The notes: generated from the sequence alone by a model not told the origin. DNA of 38,105 nt from Ferrovibrio sp. (GCA_041914045.1 JAYSEE010000001.1:7561-45665), one strand, 5' to 3'; shown: positions 1 through 11,292, numbered from the stretch's first letter. Program-made: numbers and translations.

Positions 1-554
1 TGACCGGCCTGATCGCCGGGCTGGGCCTTGGGCCCTGCATCGTGGCGGGGCATTCCATGGGCGCGCGCATCGCCATCCGCGCCGCGCGGCGTCAGCCCAA
101 GGATATCGCCCGCATGGTGTGGGTGGACCCGCCGGTATCCGGCCCTGGCCGCCGGGCCTATCCGGCCAATCTGGCCTGGTATGTCGATTCCATCCGGCTT
201 GCCAGCAAGGGCGCCGATTGGAAGGCGATGCAGGCTTTCCTGCCGAGCTGGACCGAGGCGGACCTGCGCTTGCGGGCGGAATGGCTGCATACCTGTTCGG
301 AGCAGGCGATCCGGGTTTCCTACGATGGCTTCCATCAGGATGACATCCATGCCGATCTATCGGCGATTGCCGCGCCTACATTGCTGATGACGGCGGAGCG
401 CGGCGATGTGATCCGCGACGACGATGTGGCGGAGCTGCAGCGCCTCAAGCCCGGCTTGCAGCATGTGCGGGTGCCGAATGCCGGCCACATGATCCCGTGG
501 GATAATTTCGCCGGCTTCATGGCGGCGATGAACGGCTATCTCGCCGGCGCTTGA
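1..554 (+). CDS. nicD: N-formylmaleamate deformylase-like alpha/beta hydrolase, 5'-truncated by the window edge
   Basis: Frame is open from base 3 to TGA 552-554. It has the nucleophile elbow GHSMG and catalytic His in AGHMIPWD. Segments VDPPVSGPGRRAYP, WYVDSIR and LRAEWLHTC closely match my recollection of P. putida NicD. Confidence 0.8.
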   Translation, partial: TGLIAGLGLGPCIVAGHSMGARIAIRAARRQPKDIARMVWVDPPVSGPGRRAYPANLAWYVDSIRLASKGADWKAMQAFLPSWTEADLRLRAEWLHTCSEQAIRVSYDGFHQDDIHADLSAIAAPTLLMTAERGDVIRDDDVAELQRLKPGLQHVRVPNAGHMIPWDNFAGFMAAMNGYLAGA

Positions 555-579
555 GCCTCCCTAAATCGCTGGTCTACTT

Positions 580-616
580 AAGCCCGCCTCAGGCAGCGAA
601 TGCCTGAGGCGGGCTT
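580..616 (+). terminator. Perfect 16-bp stem-loop downstream of nicD (terminator or REP-like hairpin)
   Basis: AAGCCCGCCTCAGGCA-gcgaa-TGCCTGAGGCGGGCTT; no strong U-tract follows. Confidence 0.6.
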
Positions 617-689
617 GTACATGTGTATAATTCCCCGTTTTCAGCAATAAATTATATATTTTTTTCGATGGCATTATTTCAAAACGTAT

Positions 690-706
690 TTTAGAATGAT
701 TCTAGA
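690..706. promoter_or_regulatory. Iron control element (ICE, Irr-binding site) upstream of katG
   Basis: TTTAGAA-tga-TTCTAGA matches the ICE consensus TTTAGAA-N3-TTCTAAA at 13/14 positions, in an AT-rich intergenic region 45 bp before the katG ATG. Confidence 0.75.
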
Positions 707-733
707 ATTCGTTTTCAAGCCAATCATTGATGA

Positions 734-2926
<2,193 letters not shown>

Positions 2927-2941
2927 TCCTGCAAGTTGCCG

Positions 2942-2980
2942 GCGGCCCGCTTCCGTTTGCACGGAAGCGGGCCGTTTTTT
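2942..2980 (+). terminator. Rho-independent terminator of katG
   Basis: CGGCCCGCTTCCGT-ttgc-ACGGAAGCGGGCCG (14-bp stem) followed by TTTTTT; lies between convergent genes. Confidence 0.9.
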
Positions 2981-2995
2981 ATGGATGCAAGCGAG

Positions 2996-3688
2996 TCAGC
3001 CTGTAATCCGCCCCAGCAATGCATCGCGCATGAGGGGCAGGACAGCGCTCAGGTCCGGCGCATATTGCGCGGCGCGCTGTGCGATATCCTTGCGCATCGC
3101 CTGCGGCAGGCTGTCGCCGCGTTCTTTCAGCAGGCCCAGCAGATATTCCTGCCCGAATTCCGGATGCGCTTGCAAGGTGATGATCGGGCCTGGATAGCGA
3201 AGGCCGGCAACCGGGCAATTCTCGCCCGTAAGAATCACCTCGGCCTCTGGCGGAACCGCGACGACCTGATCGCGGTGCCAGGCATTTATCAAAGCCTGCT
3301 GCCCGGCGGCATCAGCGTAGAATTGCGGCCCGGTGATCCAGCCATGCGCGGCGCGCTCCACCTTGCCGCCGAGCGCCTGGGCGACGATCTGATGGCCGAA
3401 GCAGATGCCGACCAACGGGCGGCGCGCCGCCTGAATGCCTTGGATAAAGCTTTCCAGCGGCTTGATCCATGGATGCGGCTCGTAAACGCCATGCCGCGAG
3501 CCGGTGATGATCCAGGCATCCGCCGCCTGGGCGTTTTCGGGGAATACGTTGTTTTCAACGTCATAGGTCACGAAGTCGAAATCGTCTTCGCCGAACAGCG
3601 CCCGGAACCGGGCGTCGTAATCGCCTTGCTCGGCGGCGAGACTTTCCGGCGCGCTGCCGGGCTTCAGAATGCCAACAACCGTTTTCAT
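2996..3688 (-). CDS. Class I glutamine amidotransferase-like hydrolase (stand-alone GATase domain)
   Basis: Nucleophile motif GICFGHQ, HPE triad in LQAHPEF, and ITGS. Start set at MKTVVGIL (GAGGA RBS) because the longer ORF overlaps the upstream gene. Confidence 0.85.
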   Translation of the reverse strand: MKTVVGILKPGSAPESLAAEQGDYDARFRALFGEDDFDFVTYDVENNVFPENAQAADAWIITGSRHGVYEPHPWIKPLESFIQGIQAARRPLVGICFGHQIVAQALGGKVERAAHGWITGPQFYADAAGQQALINAWHRDQVVAVPPEAEVILTGENCPVAGLRYPGPIITLQAHPEFGQEYLLGLLKERGDSLPQAMRKDIAQRAAQYAPDLSAVLPLMRDALLGRITG

Positions 3689-3741
3689 GACTTGAAACCA
3701 ATCCTCGGCGATCAGGAAGGGCAGGGAGCAAACCGACGCTA

Positions 3742-4866
3742 TTACCAGAACGCGCCTCGGGCCGCTATCGGCCAGAGGCATTCCACGCGGCCTTTGCGGA
3801 TGCCGACATACCAATCGTAACGGTCCACGGTGGGATCGCAATGCCCGGGCACCAAGCGCAGTTTCTCTCCCAGAAGCGGCGCGTCCATGGCGTCGCCGCA
3901 AGTCAATTTGCCATGTTCGTCGGATGCGCCGGCGAACTGGATATCGCTTCTCTGCCAAATCAACGGCAGGCCGCTATCCACCGCGAAAGCCTTCAAGCCT
4001 GCATCAATCACCGCCAGCGAGCGATTCGGCCGGCTCATTACCGTGCTCAGCACGAATAGCGATTGCCGGAACAGCGAGATCGGCGCGCCGTCGCGATCCA
4101 GATTGCGGCCATAATCCGCATCCATGAAGCAATAGCTGCCAACCTGCAGCTCGGTGTAGACGCCCGAAGCGGTCTCGAATTCAAAGCTGCCCGTGCCGCC
4201 GCCGCCAACGATGGGGCATTGCAATCCTACCTTGCGCAAAGCGGAGATGGTGTCCGCGGTAAGCGCCGCGGCATCCGATATGGCGGCCTGACGCTCGGCG
4301 AAGCTGCGTTTATGCTGGGCGCTGCCGTGATAGGCCTGCAAACCGCCGAAGATCAGATGGCGCGATGCCGCGATGTATTGGCAGAGGGCAACGGCTTCCG
4401 GACCCGGCGCCACGCCGCAGCGCTTCATACCTACGTCGATTTCCAGCAACACATGCAGGCGGGTTGCTGCTGCTTCCGCCGCGGCTTCAAGCGCCTTGAT
4501 CTGCGCGATATGGTCGGCGCAGATCGCCACATCCGCGATCCGCGTCAATGCGGCGAAGCGCGCCAGCTTGCCAGCCCCAACAACCTGGTTGCTGACCAAG
4601 ATATCCTTCACGCCGCCCCAAGCCAGCATCTCCGCCTCCGCCACTTTCTGCACGCATTGGCCTACGGCGCCGCGGGCGATCTGCTGATGGGCGATCACCG
4701 GCGATTTATGGGTTTTGGCATGGGGGCGCAGCTTAATGCCGCCGGCAGCGGCGATTTTCGCCATGAGGGCGAGGTTGTATTCGAAGGCATCGAGATCAAT
4801 GAGCAGAGCGGGCGTGTCCACCTCGTCTTCGCGCATGCCGGGAAAGGCGGGAGGGGGCTGCTGCAT
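3742..4866 (-). CDS. DSD1-family fold-type III PLP enzyme (D-threonine/3-hydroxy-D-aspartate aldolase or D-serine dehydratase-like)
   Basis: DTPALLIDLD, RPHAKTHKS (PLP Lys), GLQAYHG, SDEHG and the metal-binding GHCDPT motif. Confidence 0.88.
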   Translation of the reverse strand: MQQPPPAFPGMREDEVDTPALLIDLDAFEYNLALMAKIAAAGGIKLRPHAKTHKSPVIAHQQIARGAVGQCVQKVAEAEMLAWGGVKDILVSNQVVGAGKLARFAALTRIADVAICADHIAQIKALEAAAEAAATRLHVLLEIDVGMKRCGVAPGPEAVALCQYIAASRHLIFGGLQAYHGSAQHKRSFAERQAAISDAAALTADTISALRKVGLQCPIVGGGGTGSFEFETASGVYTELQVGSYCFMDADYGRNLDRDGAPISLFRQSLFVLSTVMSRPNRSLAVIDAGLKAFAVDSGLPLIWQRSDIQFAGASDEHGKLTCGDAMDAPLLGEKLRLVPGHCDPTVDRYDWYVGIRKGRVECLWPIAARGAFW

Positions 4867-4885
4867 CTTAACGACCCTTGGGCTT

Positions 4886-5965
4886 TTATTCGGCCAAGCC
4901 GTAGATGGTTTGCAGCATCACGGCCCTGAATTGCCCCAGGATCATACCTTTCCAGTCATCGCTATCAATGTAGAAAGCATCGCGAAGCATTTGTTTTATT
5001 TCGCGCCGCAACGATTCCGGCGCATCCGGATGCCGCCGCAGCCAGGCATCGCCGCGCAGGCCCAGGCGCACGGCATTCTGCGGCAGGGTGCCGTATTCCA
5101 GCGTCATCGCCGTAACGGCGGCATTCGGGCATTCCTGCAGTGCCGATGGGGTTATGTAGCCTGCGATGCGCGAAACCACCGAGTCGGGATTGGAAGACTG
5201 GATGAGATCCTTACCCCACCAGCGACGCGCGCGGGCAACGGTCGCCTCATCGGCGCTGCCGAAAATCTTTTCGCCATGGCCGTAAGGGCCCAATCCGGTA
5301 TGGATGTCGATCCAGGCCAGGGTTTGGCGCGCGCCGGCATGCCTTCGCAGCAGATCGCGGATCGTGCGGTTGCTCCAGGCCGGCTGGCGGCCAGCGTAGA
5401 ATAAGCCATCGGGATGGCTGACTTGCCCGCTGCTTAGCCGCGCGCGCAATTCAGGCCGCAATTCGCTTTGAGCGGCCATCAAGGCTTGTTCGTTGGCGAT
5501 ATCGGGCGGCCAGGCAGCCGGCATCAGCCATTCATGCAATGCGTCATAACCATCATTCGCGGGATAGCCGGCGGCATGATTATAGAAGTTGCGGTTGAGG
5601 TCGATATTGTCTTCGTTGGTGCGATGCAGGTGGGAAAAGCCATAAGGATTGATCGCATGCACCAGAATCAGCGCGATGCGTTCGCGTTCCAGCAGGCGTG
5701 AAATGCCTTCGTCGCGCAGCAGACTGCCCTGACAGCCGCTGCCGCAGAACCCTTCCACCCCATGCGTGCCGGAGGAAACCAGGATGGCCTTGTTCCAATC
5801 GGCCGCGCCGAAGATCGCAACATCGGTGGCCAACTCCTCTCCCTGCGCGCCTTTACCTACCGGATTGACATGATTTTCCAAGGACAGGCCGGCCTTGCGG
5901 GCAGCGGACAGGAAACGCTCGCGCGCCTCGGCATAGCTTTTGGAGAATGCGGTTGCCGCGTTCAT
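4886..5965 (-). CDS. M14-family zinc metallopeptidase/deacylase (DUF2817-like)
   Basis: Zn ligands in SGTHGVEG, plus INPYG, DLNRN, DIHTGLG and catalytic Glu in LEYGT. Confidence 0.85.
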   Translation of the reverse strand: MNAATAFSKSYAEARERFLSAARKAGLSLENHVNPVGKGAQGEELATDVAIFGAADWNKAILVSSGTHGVEGFCGSGCQGSLLRDEGISRLLERERIALILVHAINPYGFSHLHRTNEDNIDLNRNFYNHAAGYPANDGYDALHEWLMPAAWPPDIANEQALMAAQSELRPELRARLSSGQVSHPDGLFYAGRQPAWSNRTIRDLLRRHAGARQTLAWIDIHTGLGPYGHGEKIFGSADEATVARARRWWGKDLIQSSNPDSVVSRIAGYITPSALQECPNAAVTAMTLEYGTLPQNAVRLGLRGDAWLRRHPDAPESLRREIKQMLRDAFYIDSDDWKGMILGQFRAVMLQTIYGLAE

Positions 5966-5980
5966 GCCGCTAACCTCTGC

Positions 5981-7447
5981 TCAAACGGCTTCGGAAAACG
6001 GATCGGCGATGCGCGGCCAATAATTGCCGTCGCGTTTACTGTAAGGATTGGAGGCGGCGTCATGCGCGATGCCGCCTTCGGTTTTCACATACAGAATGCC
6101 GCTCGCGATGGGCGCGAAGCCGCGATGAAAATGCTGCATCGACTTCACGACGACGATCTTCTTGCCAGTGAGTTCAACCCCCATGCCTGTAAAGGCATCG
6201 GGATTGAAGGTCTGGCCGCGTATGCTGCAAATAACGATGTCGATGCCGTCTGCTTCGATATGCGCCGAACGGCCGAAAGCCGCGCGCTGGCCGCCCATGG
6301 ACGTTTGGAAATGCTCATCCTTTACGGCGCGCACGGTGGCGACCAAATCGAGCGGCTGGCCCGAGGCCGGCCCCAGCTTGCCGCCCAGCCGCAACCGCAA
6401 TCTGGCCCCCACGCCCGCATCGCAGCAGATTTGCGCCGCGACCGGGTCCCAGTAAACGCCGCATGCCGCGGAGCGGATGCCGCGCTCCAGCATGCGGCGC
6501 AGGATGAAGGTGCTGTCGCCGCTGGCGCCGGCGCCGGGATTATCATTGACATCGGCGATCACGACCGGCCCGTGCGCGCTTGCCGATGCACGATCCAGAG
6601 CTTCGTCGATATTGAGATGCACCGTGCGGGTCTGTTCGCGCAGGGCGAAAATCTCGCGTCCGAGCGCGGCGGCCAATGCCTTTCCGGCATCGGGCGCATT
6701 GTTGCTGATGACCCAGAGTTTCGCGCCTAAATCGGCCACATCGCCGAAGCCGAAGCCATGGCCGAAGCTGACCGACAGGATGCCGCCCCGGCCTTCCTGC
6801 TCCTGCATGCGGCGGACAAAGCCGCTCATGGGCTCGCGCGTGGTATGCCAGCCGCCAATCATGCGGCAATCATATACCGAGGTTACGGGCTTCACTTCAT
6901 TGGCGGCCGAGGCCATGGCCAGGCGATAGAGTTCGCCGGCCCGCTGCACGGCGTCCACATGGGGATATTCCTTATAGGCGATCAGCAGGTCGGCATTGTC
7001 CAGCATCTGTTGCGTGAGATGGCAATGCAAATCCAATTCGGCGCCAATGACCGCCTTCGGCCCGGCAATGTCGCGCAGAATGGCCAAGAGATCGCCTTCG
7101 CAATCGTCGTAACCATAGGCAATCATGGCGCCATGCAAATTCAGCAACACCGCATCCACAGGCAAAGCCGCGCGCAGATTCTCCGCCATTTCATCGCGCA
7201 GGCTCTCATATACCGCCCGCACCGTCGGGCCGGCCGGCTGGGCCGCCGCCATCAGGCCTTCCAGCACTTGATGGCCATCGGTTTCGCCCAGCCTTCGCCA
7301 TTCATGCAATGGGGCGGTGAAGTGCAACGGCTCATGGCGCGTGGCATCGCCATGAAAGACGCCGCCTTCCTGAAATCCTTGCCAACCCGTCGGCAGCGGA
7401 GCGAAGCTATTGCTTTCGGTGGCCAGTCCAGCGATGAAAATCCTCAT
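5981..7447 (-). CDS. M81-family (MlrC-like) metallopeptidase
   Basis: N-terminal LATESNSF, LHGAM, ELDLHCH, YKEYPHVD, DNPGAGASGD and VVKSMQHF motifs typical of the MlrC family. Confidence 0.88.
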   Translation of the reverse strand: MRIFIAGLATESNSFAPLPTGWQGFQEGGVFHGDATRHEPLHFTAPLHEWRRLGETDGHQVLEGLMAAAQPAGPTVRAVYESLRDEMAENLRAALPVDAVLLNLHGAMIAYGYDDCEGDLLAILRDIAGPKAVIGAELDLHCHLTQQMLDNADLLIAYKEYPHVDAVQRAGELYRLAMASAANEVKPVTSVYDCRMIGGWHTTREPMSGFVRRMQEQEGRGGILSVSFGHGFGFGDVADLGAKLWVISNNAPDAGKALAAALGREIFALREQTRTVHLNIDEALDRASASAHGPVVIADVNDNPGAGASGDSTFILRRMLERGIRSAACGVYWDPVAAQICCDAGVGARLRLRLGGKLGPASGQPLDLVATVRAVKDEHFQTSMGGQRAAFGRSAHIEADGIDIVICSIRGQTFNPDAFTGMGVELTGKKIVVVKSMQHFHRGFAPIASGILYVKTEGGIAHDAASNPYSKRDGNYWPRIADPFSEAV

Positions 7448-7458
7448 GGCAGATTCCC

Positions 7459-8598
7459 CTATGGCCGCTTATGGCGAAGGCGCTCCGGCGCCAGCGCGGC
7501 CTTTGTTATGCCGTGCATATGTAGATTTTCGGGCAAGGGCCGATCCAGCAGCAGGGCGGCGGCGGCCAGGCCCAAAGCCGGCGAAGTCTGGATGCCGAAG
7601 CCGCCTTGGCCGGCCAGCCAGAAGAAATCCGGCCTGGCCGGGTCAAAGCCAGCGACCGGGGCTTCATCGGGCAGGAAAGACCGCAATCCGGCCCAGGCCC
7701 GGAAGACGCGCCGCACCGGCAAGTCCAGCATCGTCTGCACGCGATCGACGCAAATGGCGATATCCATTTCATCCGGCCGCGCATCGCAGGGCTCGCATGG
7801 CGAGGCATCCATGGGCGAGGCCAAGAGCTTGCCGGCATCGGGTTTGATGTAAAAGCCGATGCCTGTATCGGCGGTCAGCGGCCAGCCATCGGGCGTCAGC
7901 CCCGCCGGCAGGTCGAGCAGGATCGCGGTGCGCCGCTTCGGCAGCAGACCCAAGCGGGCGACGCCCGCGATTTCCGCGATCTCGTCGGCCCAGGCGCCGG
8001 CGGCGTTGATCAGGATTGCCGCGTGCAACGGGCCTTGGCTGGTTTCGAGGCGCCAGGCGTTTTGCGTATGTGCGAGGCTGAGCAGGCGGCGATCGGCAAA
8101 CAGCGCCAGACCGCGCGCCCGTGCGCCTCGCAAATACGCCTGATGCAGCGCATTCACATCAATGTCGAATACGGCGGAATCGAAATAGGCGCAGGCCAGT
8201 TTGTCGCGCCGCAACAAAGGCAGCAAGGCGCAAGCGGCATCGCGATCCAGAGCCCGCAAGGCGGCGCCGGCTTCGGAGCGGGCGGCTGCATATTCCCTCA
8301 GACGATCGGCATGCTCTGCCCCGGCAATCAGCAAATCCCCACGTTTATTGAGCAACGGTTCCGAGACGAAATCCGCCGGCGGGCTGTGAAGAAAATCGGC
8401 GCTGGCGCGGCTGAGCTGCTGCACCAGCGGAGCGCCGTAACCGGGCGTAAAGACCGCCGCCGAACGGCCTGTGGCGTGATAACCGACATGCTCTTCCCGT
8501 TCCAGCAACGCAACGCGGCGCTGGCCGGCAAGAAAATAGGCCAATGATGCGCCGGCGATGCCGCCGCCAATGATGGCGATGTCGAACGTATCGTTCAT
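7459..8598 (-). CDS. FAD-dependent D-amino-acid dehydrogenase/oxidase (DAO family, DauA-like)
   Basis: IIGGGIAG, GYHATGRSAA, NAAGAWAD, WAGLRS and GQGGFGIQTSPA; ATGA overlap with the upstream aminotransferase. Confidence 0.85.
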   Translation of the reverse strand: MNDTFDIAIIGGGIAGASLAYFLAGQRRVALLEREEHVGYHATGRSAAVFTPGYGAPLVQQLSRASADFLHSPPADFVSEPLLNKRGDLLIAGAEHADRLREYAAARSEAGAALRALDRDAACALLPLLRRDKLACAYFDSAVFDIDVNALHQAYLRGARARGLALFADRRLLSLAHTQNAWRLETSQGPLHAAILINAAGAWADEIAEIAGVARLGLLPKRRTAILLDLPAGLTPDGWPLTADTGIGFYIKPDAGKLLASPMDASPCEPCDARPDEMDIAICVDRVQTMLDLPVRRVFRAWAGLRSFLPDEAPVAGFDPARPDFFWLAGQGGFGIQTSPALGLAAAALLLDRPLPENLHMHGITKAALAPERLRHKRP

Positions 8599-9779
8599 TT
8601 CGCGCCGCTGACGGCAATATCATCGCAGAAGCGGGCAATCCGGTTGGCGGCTTTTTGCAAGACCTCGCTTGCCGCGCCCAACGAGATGCGCAGATGGCCG
8701 GCCAAGCTGGGGCCGAAACCATCGCACGGCAGCAAGGCCACATCTTGCTGCATCAACAATTGTTCGGCGAATTCCTGCGCGGAAAGCCCGGTGCCGCGTA
8801 TATCCAGCAGAACGAACATGCCGCCTTGCGGAGCAATCGGGCGGCAGCCGCGGGCCAACTGCAAGGCGGCCACCATGGCTTTGGCCCGCTCGGCATAGAT
8901 CGCGGCCATGGCGGAATTGCCGTCGATGGAGGATTGCAGGGTCGATAATGCGCCCTGCTGGATGAAAGGCGGAGCGCCATATTGTCCGGCCAGCAGCAGC
9001 CATTGCAGCCGCTCGATCAATGCCTCAGGCCCAGCCACCCAACCCAAGCGAAAACCCGGAATGGCGTGGGATTTCGATAAGCTGCCGATTGCGACGCGGG
9101 TCGATAAATCCTGCAGCGACCATATGCCGAGTGGACGTTGGCCGTATGCAAGATCTTCATATACTTCGTCGGATAAAAGCCAAAGGCCGTGTCTTTGACA
9201 AATCTTGCCTAGGCGCTGGATGGCTTCCGCGCCGTAAACGGCGCCGGTCGGATTATTCGGCGAATTGATCCAGACGACGCGGCTTTGCGGCGTGATGGCC
9301 GCTTCTATGGCTGCGGGATCGAGTTGGAAGCCGCTATCGGCCCGCGTCGGCACCGGCACTAATCGGGCTCCGCTGGCGGTTACCACGCTTGGATAGGGCG
9401 CATACATCGGCTCCGGCACAATCACTTCGTCGCCCTGCTGGGCCATTGCCAGCATGCTGAAGAAAGCCGCACCCTGCGCGCCGGGCGTGATGGCGATGTT
9501 GCCGGCCGAACAGGCAACGCCGCTGCGGCGCGCGATGCGTTCCGCCAGCGCCTGCCGAACGGCCATGTCGCCTGTGATCGGCGCATAACCGACCTTGCCC
9601 TGCTGCAGGGCCTTGATGGTGCCGGCGATTGCCTCCGCTGGCGGCGCTTGATCGGGCGTTCCGATTGTCAGCAGGATTACATCGCGACCGGCCGCGCGTC
9701 TTTGCTGCGCCTTGACATGCACGGTCCAGGTCCCGGATTGGCCGGCAAGCAGTTGCTCGGCACGATCGGAAAACTTCAT
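8595..9779 (-). CDS. Class I/II PLP aminotransferase (AruH arginine:pyruvate transaminase-like)
   Basis: NSPNNPTG, SDEVY and SLSKSHAIPGFRLGW (PLP Lys). N-terminus MKFS..W.VH resembles AruH. An alternative GTG start lies at 9794. Confidence 0.85.
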   Translation of the reverse strand: MKFSDRAEQLLAGQSGTWTVHVKAQQRRAAGRDVILLTIGTPDQAPPAEAIAGTIKALQQGKVGYAPITGDMAVRQALAERIARRSGVACSAGNIAITPGAQGAAFFSMLAMAQQGDEVIVPEPMYAPYPSVVTASGARLVPVPTRADSGFQLDPAAIEAAITPQSRVVWINSPNNPTGAVYGAEAIQRLGKICQRHGLWLLSDEVYEDLAYGQRPLGIWSLQDLSTRVAIGSLSKSHAIPGFRLGWVAGPEALIERLQWLLLAGQYGAPPFIQQGALSTLQSSIDGNSAMAAIYAERAKAMVAALQLARGCRPIAPQGGMFVLLDIRGTGLSAQEFAEQLLMQQDVALLPCDGFGPSLAGHLRISLGAASEVLQKAANRIARFCDDIAVSGAK

Positions 9780-9845
9780 AACCTTCAATGGCACGGCAGC
9801 ACTTCCCGGCGCCTCGCATATTGGCTGTTTTATTCGCGCCGTTGC

Positions 9846-9912
9846 AGTATGAGTCGGTGACTTCTGAAAGTAAAATTCTTAATCGGCTGCGGATCATTCT
9901 ATTTTGTTATAT
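9846..9912 (-). promoter_or_regulatory. LysR-type operator plus sigma70 promoter for the aminotransferase operon
   Basis: Minus strand ATATAACAAAATAGAATG...TTAAGAATTTTAC (T-N11-A) runs into -35 TTTACT, a 17-bp spacer and -10 CATACT. It aligns without gaps to the copies at 10066 and 16456. Confidence 0.72.
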
Positions 9913-10065
9913 TTTTCGAAAACGCAGATTAGCCTTGCGCAAACGCGGGAAATGCAATCGGGCCGGCATGCCGCGCGATCCGATCTTTTGTTGATTTATG
10001 CGCATTCCAGAAGGAAATAAGGGAATGCGCGCCCTCCAGAATCGATTGGGCCGGCGGCTGGCGGA

Positions 10066-10132
10066 ACATAACAAATAGATATAAACAAGGTCGCAATATG
10101 AATTTTACAGCAAGATTGTTTGCCTTGATCAT
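10066..10132 (+). promoter_or_regulatory. LysR-type operator plus putative promoter for the ABC transporter operon
   Basis: ACATAACAAATAGATAT...TATGAATTTTAC, then TTTACA-N17-GATCAT; 29/42 ungapped identity to the 16456 copy. Confidence 0.72.
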
Positions 10133-10172
10133 GCATCCTGCTTATTGAAGCTATGTCGGGGAGACGAACAAC

Positions 10173-11222
10173 ATGCTGAAGAAAACGATTTGCATTGCCG
10201 CCGCATTGGTGCTGGCGAGCAATGCCGCGAAAATCGCAACGGCGGCTGAACTCGTGCATGCCACTTGGGGCGGGGGCGGCGCGGCAACCACGCGCAAGGC
10301 ATTTGCCGATCCATTCTTCGAAGCGACCAAGATTCCGGTCAAGATTGCTGAAGTGCCGAATACCGCGGGCGTGGTGCGCTCGCCGGCTGCGGCATCGCAA
10401 TACAACACCGTCACGGTGACCTATTTCGAAGCCGTTGCCTTGTCCATGCAGGGCCTGTTGGAGTCCTTCAGCGACAATGAATTGCCGCATGCGAAGGAAA
10501 TTCCCGACGCTATCGTAATCCGCGATAAAAACAAGAAAATCGTCGCGCTGCCGTCCTATTTCGCCTATTACGCCATCGGCTTCAATACGGATTTGGCGAA
10601 GAAGGAGGATTTCGCATCCTGGAACAATCTTGCCGATCCGAAGTGGAAGGGCAAGCTGGCGATTACCCGGCCGGTCTATGCCGCGCCCTATGATCTGGTG
10701 ATGCTGGCCAAGGCCAATGGCGGCAGCGCGGACGATATCAAGCCGGGATTGCCGGTGTTGGAAAAGATCATCGGCAATACTTTGGCCACGTATACCTCTC
10801 TTGCGCATATGAATACGCTGCTGACGCGCGGCGAGGTGGCGGCTGTGCCGTTCTACTCCACCCGCATCTGGCATTTGAAGCGCGAGGGCGTGAAGAATGT
10901 TGATATGGTGATCCCCAAGGAAGGCGCTCTGATGCTGGCCTATGCCATCGTGGTGCCCAAGGGGGTGAAGAATCGCGCTGAAACGGCGAAGTTCCTGGAT
11001 TTCTCGATGAAGGCCGAGCCGCAAGTGGTGGCGGCCGAATTGGGCGGCGGGATTCCCACCAATAAGACCGCTAAGCTGTCGCCGGAGTTTGAAGCGAGCC
11101 TCGGCGTCTCGCGCGATGAGTTGATGAAGCAGCTTTACGCGCCGGATTGGACCAAGGTGGTCCAGGAGAATGAGGAGCGCGTCAACATGGTGGAAAAGTT
11201 GATGGCGACGGCTCCGCGTTGA
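10173..11222 (+). CDS. ABC transporter periplasmic substrate-binding protein (PotD/polyamine-opine-like)
   Basis: Sec signal peptide, TWGG, SWNNLADPKWKGK and PKEGA; GGGGAG RBS. Confidence 0.88.
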   Translation: MLKKTICIAAALVLASNAAKIATAAELVHATWGGGGAATTRKAFADPFFEATKIPVKIAEVPNTAGVVRSPAAASQYNTVTVTYFEAVALSMQGLLESFSDNELPHAKEIPDAIVIRDKNKKIVALPSYFAYYAIGFNTDLAKKEDFASWNNLADPKWKGKLAITRPVYAAPYDLVMLAKANGGSADDIKPGLPVLEKIIGNTLATYTSLAHMNTLLTRGEVAAVPFYSTRIWHLKREGVKNVDMVIPKEGALMLAYAIVVPKGVKNRAETAKFLDFSMKAEPQVVAAELGGGIPTNKTAKLSPEFEASLGVSRDELMKQLYAPDWTKVVQENEERVNMVEKLMATAPR

Positions 11223-11243
11223 GGTTTCGTCGCATCTCGTTCC

Positions 11244-11267
11244 GGCGCGCCGCTAGAGTGGCGCGCC
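11244..11267 (+). other. GC-rich intercistronic hairpin after the substrate-binding gene (possible mRNA stabiliser)
   Basis: GGCGCGCCGC-taga-GTGGCGCGCC, a 10-bp stem including one G-U pair. Confidence 0.4.
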
Positions 11268-11292
11268 ACCCTTTCGTAGCTGTGGGCAGGCA

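Noticed and set aside
646-682. Possible OxyR box upstream of katG
   Set aside because: ATAA/ATGG half-sites are present, but spacing and sequence do not fit ATAG-N7-CTAT-N7-ATAG-N7-CTAT well; AT-richness can explain it.
2996-3688. GMP synthase (guaA)
   Set aside because: Only the GATase domain is present, with no ATP-pyrophosphatase domain.
5981-7447. Microcystin-degradation mlr cluster
   Set aside because: MlrC-family proteins are widespread, and no mlrA, mlrB or mlrD homologue is in the window.
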